DNA of 64,000 nt from NCBI GenBank assembly GCA_965198225.1, contig CBDAOY010000005.1:288001-352000 (forward strand), in the 5' to 3' direction. The position numbers and the translations under genes were made by a program. Positions 57,313-64,000 of the stretch are shown here, in pieces. Position 1 is the stretch's first letter; each line of letters begins with the position of its first letter. The notes under the pieces are model-generated. The model searched no databases. It was given only the letters and a program-made list of their open reading frames with translations, and was not told where the DNA came from. This DNA is from Terriglobia bacterium. GTDB lineage: Bacteria; Acidobacteriota; Terriglobia; 20CM-2-55-15.

Positions 57313-58341
57313 ATGCTGATCGTGATGGATGCGCATGCGGGCCCGGAACAGACCGAGGCAGTGTGCAAGAAGATCGAAGAGCTGGGGTTCAAGGCCCATC
57401 CCATGCCGGGAGCCAACCGAACGGCAATCGGAGTCACCGGCAACAGCGAGCCGATCGTGCCCGACCCGTTCGAGAACATGCCTGGGGTCGTGGAGCTGAT
57501 ACCGGTCACCCACCCCTACAAGCTGGTCAGTCGGGAGTTCCGCGGGGATGACACTCTGGTTCAGGTCGGAGAAGTGACGGTCGGCGGTAGCGATCTGGTC
57601 GTCATCGCGGGACCGTGCGCTGTGGAGAACGAGGAGCGAACGATCCGTATCGCCGAGAAAGTGCGGGCGGCTGGAGCTCACATGCTTCGTGGGGGTGCTT
57701 TTAAACCGCGAACCTCGCCATACAGCTTTCAGGGGCTTGGACTAGAGGGGCTGAAGATGCTCGCCAAGGCCCGAGAACAAACGGGTCTGCCAATCGTGAC
57801 CGAGGCGGTCGATGGCGAAAGCCTCGATCTGGTCGAGGAGTACGCCGATGTCATCCAGATCGGCGCGCGCAACATGCAGAATTTCTCGCTCTTGAAGAGG
57901 GCCGGAAAGGCGTCGAAACCGGTATTTTTGAAACGCGGTATGAGCGCGACACTCGATGACTTCATGCTGGCTGCCGAATACGTCATGTCGGAGGGAAACT
58001 ACCAGGTCATCCTCTGTGAACGCGGCGTCCGGACTTTCGCCGATCACACACGAAACACGCTGGATCTTTCGATCATCCCGGCGGTCAAGCGGATCTCACA
58101 CCTGCCAATCCTCACCGACCCGAGCCACGGTACGGGCAAGCGCCACAAGGTGGGTCCGATGAGCCGGGCTTCAGTCGCCGCCGGCGCTGACGGACTGATC
58201 ATCGAGGTCCATGACGAACCCGATAAGGCCCTCTCGGACGGCCCGCAGGCACTCCTTCCGGATCATTTCGCACTCCTGATGGATGAGCTGAGGCTGCTGG
58301 CGCCGGTGGTCCGGCGTGGAATCCCTCTGGTTGCGGTGTAG
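57313..58341 (+). CDS. aroF: 3-deoxy-7-phosphoheptulonate synthase (type I-beta)
   Basis: [28 protein letters not shown] and DPSHG. Confidence 0.93.
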   Translation: MLIVMDAHAGPEQTEAVCKKIEELGFKAHPMPGANRTAIGVTGNSEPIVPDPFENMPGVVELIPVTHPYKLVSREFRGDDTLVQVGEVTVGGSDLVVIAGPCAVENEERTIRIAEKVRAAGAHMLRGGAFKPRTSPYSFQGLGLEGLKMLAKAREQTGLPIVTEAVDGESLDLVEEYADVIQIGARNMQNFSLLKRAGKASKPVFLKRGMSATLDDFMLAAEYVMSEGNYQVILCERGVRTFADHTRNTLDLSIIPAVKRISHLPILTDPSHGTGKRHKVGPMSRASVAAGADGLIIEVHDEPDKALSDGPQALLPDHFALLMDELRLLAPVVRRGIPLVAV

Positions 58342-58403
58342 GTGCGCTCTATGAGCGCACAGTCCTCGAACCGCCACAACGTGCGCTCATAGAGCGCACC
58401 TAC
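58338..58403. repeat. GTAG-type REP doublet (REPIN)
   Basis: GTAG-GTGCGCTC-TAT-GAGCGCAC and its exact inverted copy 20 bp away. Confidence 0.85.
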
Positions 58404-59566
58404 ACGGCGATCCATTCTTGCGGCGAATTGGTCAATCGCTCGCAGCCGGTTTCTGTGATCACGTAGGTGTTCTCGACTCCCGCCCCACCCAGTCCTGGGT
58501 AGAAAACCTTCGGCTCGACCGCAAGGACGACACCGGGTTCCAGCGGGTCGTCGAACCGTTTAGCGATCACCGGAAGCTCGTCCAACTCCAGGCCGACGCC
58601 GTGTGCGACGAAGCCAACCCGGTTTTCCCCGGCCCCCATGAAATGCTCCCCGAAACCGGCGTTCGCCACTCGTTCCTGGGTCTTCGAGTAGATTTCGCTC
58701 GGGATCTCTCCCGGCTTGAGCTGCTCTTCGAGCCAGCCGTTCAAATCCAGGATGAAAGAATGCGTCTCCTGAACACGGAGGGACGGAGGTCCGAGCGAAT
58801 AGGCCCGGGATCCGTCTGCAAGATACCCTCCATGACCGCCGACGACATCGACCATGACGGGCTCGCCGCGCACGAGTTCCTTGTGTCCTCCCATGGCGGG
58901 AACCGCGGGATAGAGTCCCCGAACTCCGACGGGGCCGTCGAAGCTGTGAGGGTAAGCAGCGGTATCACCGAATGCGACCGCACCGTAGAACATTTCGAGA
59001 TTGAACCGCCGCATCCGCGCAAGCCCCTGATGGCCGGACATTCGCATGACATACTCGATCCGGGCGCTCAACTCGAACTCGCAGAGTCCATCCCGAAGCT
59101 GGTTTGGAATATCGACGAACGCTTCATCCAGCATGGCGGCAGCCCGGCGAATGTGTTCGATCTCGAAGTCGGTCTTCACGGCACGCGCGCGCCGGAGGGC
59201 CATCGACGAATCCACGACCCTGCAGTCAGGAAACACTTTCGTGATCTGCCGGTGTAACGCGACGGGCACAATGTCGAGTTCCAGCCCTACGACTTCCCCC
59301 ACGTCCGGGATCAGGGAAGCCAGTTCTCCGTAGCGACGGAACTGTACGATATTCTCGAGCGCGGATTCGGTAAGTGCCCGCTGGTGGCTCTTCCGCACGG
59401 CAAACACCGGCTCGCCTTCTCGGGGGAACCAGAGAACTCCGTTCTGTATCGTTCCAGTCAGATAGAACTGGTCGACGTTCTGGAGAACGATCAACGAATC
59501 GCAGTCCATGAAGCCCCGGACCCGCGTCCAACGCCGCTCGAGCTCTTCCCTGGGAACATAATCCAT
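58400..59566 (-). CDS. Xaa-Pro peptidase (M24) family protein
   Basis: Creatinase N-domain, RAVKT..EI, HGVGLELDE.P, AVEP and GVEN. Confidence 0.88.
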   Translation of the reverse strand: MDYVPREELERRWTRVRGFMDCDSLIVLQNVDQFYLTGTIQNGVLWFPREGEPVFAVRKSHQRALTESALENIVQFRRYGELASLIPDVGEVVGLELDIVPVALHRQITKVFPDCRVVDSSMALRRARAVKTDFEIEHIRRAAAMLDEAFVDIPNQLRDGLCEFELSARIEYVMRMSGHQGLARMRRFNLEMFYGAVAFGDTAAYPHSFDGPVGVRGLYPAVPAMGGHKELVRGEPVMVDVVGGHGGYLADGSRAYSLGPPSLRVQETHSFILDLNGWLEEQLKPGEIPSEIYSKTQERVANAGFGEHFMGAGENRVGFVAHGVGLELDELPVIAKRFDDPLEPGVVLAVEPKVFYPGLGGAGVENTYVITETGCERLTNSPQEWIAV

Positions 59567-59618
59567 GTCTGAACCTCCGCGACGCATTATAAGCGAACGG
59601 TTCGGGGTTCGGGGTTTT

Positions 59619-59790
59619 CCACGGATTGCACGGAAACCACGGATTGCGCGGAGGGTTCTTTCAGCCACGGATTACACGGATTTAACGGATTAGGAATGGT
59701 CTTTCGGAGAGCAGACCACAGGTCTTTTCCTATCCGTGCAATCCGTGTAATCCGTGGCTTGCTTCTTCCTCTCGGTGTAATCCGTGTTAA
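59619..59790. repeat. Family C element (inverted copy of 37453-37636)
   Basis: CCACGGATT and AATCCGTG units with the shared TGGTCT..AGACCA core. Confidence 0.85.
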
Positions 59791-59816
59791 AGGACCCTCA
59801 CGAAAGCTGATATGAT

Positions 59817-59962
59817 CATCCCGAACTTCGGATGAGGGAAAGCGGTGAGATTCCGCTGCTGCCCCGCAACTGTAAGACGACTCTTCCCTGCTACAGCCAC
59901 TGCCAGCTACGCTGGCGGGAAGGCGCCCGCGAAACCGCTGTCGTCAAGCCAGGACACCTCCC
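59817..59962 (+). ncRNA. Cobalamin riboswitch
   Basis: AGGGAA..CGGTG..GCCCCGCAACTGT..AGCCACTG..GGGAAG..AAGCCAGGACACCT upstream of a TonB-dependent receptor. Confidence 0.9.
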
Positions 59963-59993
59963 GGAGGAGATTACCTTTCGAGGGAGAGGGACC

Positions 59994-62141
59994 ATGTCCA
60001 AGTCTGGCCGTTTACGGCTTTGCCGTACCTTCAGTTTTCTGATCGCCATATCTTTTCTGACTTTGTGCACCGATGCATCCGCACTGGACTCTGTCGCGGG
60101 ATGCGTCGAGGACTCGACCAGCGCCCCGATCGCCGGGGCTCGCGTCCTCGTCCGGCATCTCGGGAGAGGGGATCTCGTCCAAACGCGATCCGATGAATCC
60201 GGTTGCTTCGCTGTCGAGGACTTCCCTCCGGGAAGCGCAAGCGTGAGCGTCCTGGCCGAAGCGTTCGAGGCCTACGAGAGCAGAGTCGAGCTAGACGGAC
60301 CCAAACGCATGCCGACGATCATCCTCAGACTGCAGCCGATCCGCAACTCCGTCACCGTCACGGCTCGCCGCACCGTAGCTCCGACTGCAAGCCTGGGTTC
60401 GAGCATAGATCTCGTGGACCGAACCGATCTCGAGGCATCGCAGACCCGGCACGTATCCGATGCATTGAGGACCATGGCCGGTATCGCCCTCCAGCAGACT
60501 GGCGCGAGCGGAATCACGAATTTCTTCGTCCGCGGCGGTGAATCCGACTACAACAAGGTGCTGATCGACGGAGTACCCGTCAACCTTCCGGGCGACACCT
60601 ACGATTTCGCTCACATTCCGGCTGACAACGTGGACCGCGTGGAGGTTGTCCGCGGACCACAGAGCGCACTGTTCGGGTCTGACGCAATGTCGAGCGTCGT
60701 CCAGATCTTCACCCGGGGGGGACCGGCATCTCCGGAGGTTGGCTACACGGTCGAGGGCGGCAGTTTCGGCACATTGCGTCAGGCGGCGTCCCTACGCGGT
60801 AGCTTCCGGGGCCTGGATTTCTCCAACACTTTCAGCCGCTCTGACACCGACAACGTAGCCGAGAACGACGACTACCGTAATGCCGGCTACTTCGGCAACT
60901 TCGGATACACGCCGGAACCGAATCAAACTCTCCGCGTCACACTGATGAACACTTCGGTTCGTGCCGGGACGCCGGGGCCGACTGCCGAAGGGTTCTTTTC
61001 TTTCGATCCAACCGCGTGGATGCGGCGCCGGGAAAGAGCCGGCGGGCTGAGCTATGACGCGCTGGTGGGAGCCCGCCTCACTCAGCACGTCGCCTATCGT
61101 ATACACGACCTGGATCAGACGTTTTTCGGGGCATTCGGTCCGTTCGAGGTCGCGAGCACACGACACCGGGTCGAGTATCGTGGCGACGTGCTGCTCTCGC
61201 GAAGCGGTACGCTTTCCTACGGTGTGGATTTCGATCGCGAACGCGGACTCGTCAGCGGCGATCCGCAGAGCCGGGACAACTTCGGCTACTACGTTCAGCA
61301 ACAGTTGGAGCCTGTCCGCGGTCTCCACCTCACGGCTGGCCTGCGTATCGAGGACAACGATTCCTTCGGAACAGTCGCAAGCCCGAGACTCGGTGTTTCC
61401 TACGGGGTTTGGGCGCCCGATGGCTTTTTCGGACCGGCCCGACTGCGTTTCGCGCTCGGTCGGGGCATCAAGGAGCCGCGTTTTCTGGAGAGCTTCAGCC
61501 GGAACCCCTTCTTTCTCGGGAACCCGGACCTCGAAGCGGAACGCTCCCGCAGTTGGGAGATCGGCTGGGAGCAGGGACTGGCGGGCGAGCATATCGTGGC
61601 CGACATCACATGGTTCGACAACACCTTCCTCAACCTGATTCAACTGGTAGGGACCGAGGACGGTTCAAGCCAGTACCAGAACATCGGATTGACCACCACG
61701 CAGGGTCTCGAGATTCGGACCCGGTTTCGAACCGGGGCAGTGCGTGCCAGCGCGAACTACACCTATCTCGAAGGCCGGATCGAAGAGTCTTCCTCCGCGT
61801 CTTTCCCGTTCAGGACGGGTGATCCCCTATTGCGCCGCCCGAAACACTCCGGCGACTTTCAGGTGTCCTGGCGTGGCAATCGCTGGACGGCGGCGTGGAA
61901 TTCTCGTTTCGTCGGGCGTCGCGCCGACAGCGACTTCTTCAGCCACTTCCCCCCGCTGACGAGCAACGAATACTACACCGCCTCCGACGTGGCCGTTACT
62001 CTGGAGCTGACACCCCAGCTGTCCACCTTTGTCCGAATCGACAACATCTTCGATCGGACATACCAGGAAGTTCTGGGTTTTGAGGCTCTTGGGCGCGGAA
62101 TAGCCGTCGGCAGTCGGATCCGCTGGGGTGGAGAACGTTGA
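59994..62141 (+). CDS. btuB: TonB-dependent receptor, BtuB-like
   Basis: Signal peptide, plug (VLIDGV, VEVVRGPQSALFGSDA), NPDL..E and LLRRP. Sits under a B12 riboswitch. Confidence 0.8.
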   Translation: MSKSGRLRLCRTFSFLIAISFLTLCTDASALDSVAGCVEDSTSAPIAGARVLVRHLGRGDLVQTRSDESGCFAVEDFPPGSASVSVLAEAFEAYESRVELDGPKRMPTIILRLQPIRNSVTVTARRTVAPTASLGSSIDLVDRTDLEASQTRHVSDALRTMAGIALQQTGASGITNFFVRGGESDYNKVLIDGVPVNLPGDTYDFAHIPADNVDRVEVVRGPQSALFGSDAMSSVVQIFTRGGPASPEVGYTVEGGSFGTLRQAASLRGSFRGLDFSNTFSRSDTDNVAENDDYRNAGYFGNFGYTPEPNQTLRVTLMNTSVRAGTPGPTAEGFFSFDPTAWMRRRERAGGLSYDALVGARLTQHVAYRIHDLDQTFFGAFGPFEVASTRHRVEYRGDVLLSRSGTLSYGVDFDRERGLVSGDPQSRDNFGYYVQQQLEPVRGLHLTAGLRIEDNDSFGTVASPRLGVSYGVWAPDGFFGPARLRFALGRGIKEPRFLESFSRNPFFLGNPDLEAERSRSWEIGWEQGLAGEHIVADITWFDNTFLNLIQLVGTEDGSSQYQNIGLTTTQGLEIRTRFRTGAVRASANYTYLEGRIEESSSASFPFRTGDPLLRRPKHSGDFQVSWRGNRWTAAWNSRFVGRRADSDFFSHFPPLTSNEYYTASDVAVTLELTPQLSTFVRIDNIFDRTYQEVLGFEALGRGIAVGSRIRWGGER

Positions 62142-63016
62142 ACCACATCGGACGATTCGCGGGTACGCTGATGTACGTCCTCCTGCTGCTGTCGTGCTCG
62201 GGATCCCAGACCGTGGAAATCCCCGGGCCAGAGGCTCCGGAGCGAATCGTCTCGCTCGTTCCCGCCGTGACGGAAATGCTGTTTGCACTCGGGGCCGGTG
62301 AGCGGGTCGTCGGCGTCAGCGACTACGACTCTTATCCACCAGAAGTCCTGGATTTGCCGAAGGTCGGGGCACTCATCAACCCGAACCTGGAGAAGATCTT
62401 CGAATTGCAACCGGAAATGGTGATCACCTACGGAACCCAGGCCAACCTGCGAGAGCGGCTCGACGCCGCCGGAATCCGCTCACGCTCTTTCCTGCATGGC
62501 CCGATCGACGAAATGCTGGATTACGTGCTCGAACTGAGCCATGAACTCCGGATGCAGATCGAGGGGCGCCGCCTGGTCGACGAAATCCGCGGCGAACTGG
62601 ACGCAATCCGAGGTGGCGCGTCCGGGTATCGACCCCGTGTCCTGCTGGCCCACAGCCGGGAAGTGGGCACGATGGGGTCGTTCTACAGCGGAGGCGGCGA
62701 ATCGTTCTTCAACGAGCTGATCGAGATCGGCGGGGGTGTCAACATCTTTGGTGATGTCGAGGACGACTCGATCCAGCCATCACTGGAAGAGGTTCTCAAA
62801 CGCCGCCCCGAGATCATCATCGAGCTGCTGCCGTCCAACAGGGATGACCCCGATCAGATCGCCCAGCGAATCCAGGATTGGGGGCAGCTCGAAACCCTGC
62901 CCGCAGTTCAACAGGAACGTGTCCACGTCCTCGCGGGGGACTACCTTCTCCTGATCGGCCCCCGGCTCCACCTTGCCGCCCGACGATTCGCTGAAGTGAT
63001 CAGGGAAGAAGAATAA
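62138..63016 (+). CDS. btuF: Cobalamin-binding periplasmic protein, BtuF-like
   Basis: RIVSLVPAVTEMLFALG, VVGVS.Y..YP and PNLEKI. Confidence 0.78.
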   Translation: MNHIGRFAGTLMYVLLLLSCSGSQTVEIPGPEAPERIVSLVPAVTEMLFALGAGERVVGVSDYDSYPPEVLDLPKVGALINPNLEKIFELQPEMVITYGTQANLRERLDAAGIRSRSFLHGPIDEMLDYVLELSHELRMQIEGRRLVDEIRGELDAIRGGASGYRPRVLLAHSREVGTMGSFYSGGGESFFNELIEIGGGVNIFGDVEDDSIQPSLEEVLKRRPEIIIELLPSNRDDPDQIAQRIQDWGQLETLPAVQQERVHVLAGDYLLLIGPRLHLAARRFAEVIREEE

Positions 63017-63146
63017 CCACGGAGGCGCGGAGACACGGAGGTCTTGCTCTTTCGTTAAGCGCATAGTGCCGCGAGAGAACCAATGTGAGGGGGACAGGGC
63101 TGGCCCTGTCCCCGGGTGTCCGCTTCAGCAGAAATGCCCGTGAACG
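63014..63146. repeat. Family A arm plus internal palindrome (inverted partial copy of 42175-42340)
   Basis: TAACCACGGAG-GCGCGGAG-ACACGGAG followed by ...GGGGACAGGGC-TG-GCCCTGTCCCC... Confidence 0.8.
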
Positions 63147-63149
63147 CCA

Positions 63150-64000
63150 CTACTCCAGTTCCGCGGCGATTGACTGGATGAGGTCCCATGCGGCGCGGAC
63201 GTGTTTCTCTTCGGTTCTCAGGTTCCCGACGGTGAAACGGATGGTCAGCCGACCGTCGAGTTTCGTGTGGGACAGAAAAGCCTTGCCGGAGGCGTTCACC
63301 CGATCGAGCAGGGCCTGGTTCTCGTCGTCTGATCCCTCGAGTCGAAAGCAGACTGTGCTGAACGGCGCCGGAGCCATCAATCCGAAGTTCGGGCTGTCTT
63401 CGATCCAGGAAGCAAACATCTGGCCGAGACGGATGTGCTCGCGAAGCCTTTCGCGGATGCCGTCCACGCCAAAATACCGGATGACCATCCAGAATTTCAG
63501 TGCCCGGAACCGGCGTCCGAGCTGGATCCCGTAGTCCATGTAGTTGGTGACGCTGTCGTCCTCGGCCGTTTTCAGGTATTCCGGCGTCATGCTGAATGCC
63601 TGTTTGAGTACTCCGGGACGGCGGCAATAGAACGCACTGAAATCGATCGGGGTGAACATCCATTTGTGGGGATTCACCACGAGCGAATCGGCACGTTCAC
63701 AACCGTCGAGAACGTGCCGCAGTTCGGGCAGGATCGCCGCCGATCCCGCATATGCCGCGTCGACGTGCAGCCAGAGCCCGTGACGCTCGCAAACCTTCGC
63801 TACTTCATCCACCGGATCGATGCTCGTCGTCGATGTCGTGCCGACGGTCGCCGAGACACAGAAGGGTCTCCACCCATCTTGTAAGTCTCGCTCGATCGCT
63901 GCTTCCAGGCCCGCCACGTCCAGGCGAAAACCCTCGTCTACGCCGACCTTGACGACTCCCCGGCGGCCGAGCCCGATCGCCAGAGCTGCTTTTTCCACCG
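63150..64000 (-). CDS. PLP-dependent (group II) amino acid decarboxylase, 5' part outside the window
   Basis: TVGTT, WLHVDAAYAG, NPHKW and LGRRFRALK.W. Confidence 0.9.
   Translation of the reverse strand, partial: VEKAALAIGLGRRGVVKVGVDEGFRLDVAGLEAAIERDLQDGWRPFCVSATVGTTSTTSIDPVDEVAKVCERHGLWLHVDAAYAGSAAILPELRHVLDGCERADSLVVNPHKWMFTPIDFSAFYCRRPGVLKQAFSMTPEYLKTAEDDSVTNYMDYGIQLGRRFRALKFWMVIRYFGVDGIRERLREHIRLGQMFASWIEDSPNFGLMAPAPFSTVCFRLEGSDDENQALLDRVNASGKAFLSHTKLDGRLTIRFTVGNLRTEEKHVRAAWDLIQSIAAELE

Overview
GC-rich bacterial window, probably Acidobacteriota (inferred from gene content and order only). It has three parts. (1) 1-6646: a double-glycine bacteriocin-type locus with two 42-aa anionic core peptides, an ABC-2 transporter, a GxxExxY gene and a C39-peptidase ABC exporter that is split by a ~3 kb inversion carrying HlyD and a VapBC pair. 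(2) 6647-31983: a minus-strand, visibly decaying surface-glycan cluster (neuA/B/C-like genes, two B12-binding radical SAM enzymes, a divergent HemN, PhyH, DegT and epimerases). It is truncated at both ends and hit by an IS1182-like element and CTAG-flanked MITEs. (3) 32 kb to the end: housekeeping genes (gltA, iscS/iscU, mnmA, rlmD-like, comEC, mltD-like, ECF sigma operon, tsaE, nnr, argD, aroF, btuB/btuF with a cobalamin riboswitch) and an exported selenocysteine peroxiredoxin. The most unusual signal is a dispersed set of intergenic elements whose inverted arms are built from tandem 8-9 bp CACG(G/A)A units, in three sub-families. One copy brackets the GxxExxY nuclease-like gene exactly, which suggests an undescribed autonomous/non-autonomous mobile element system. 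All product calls come from motif recognition by eye; no database searches were run.
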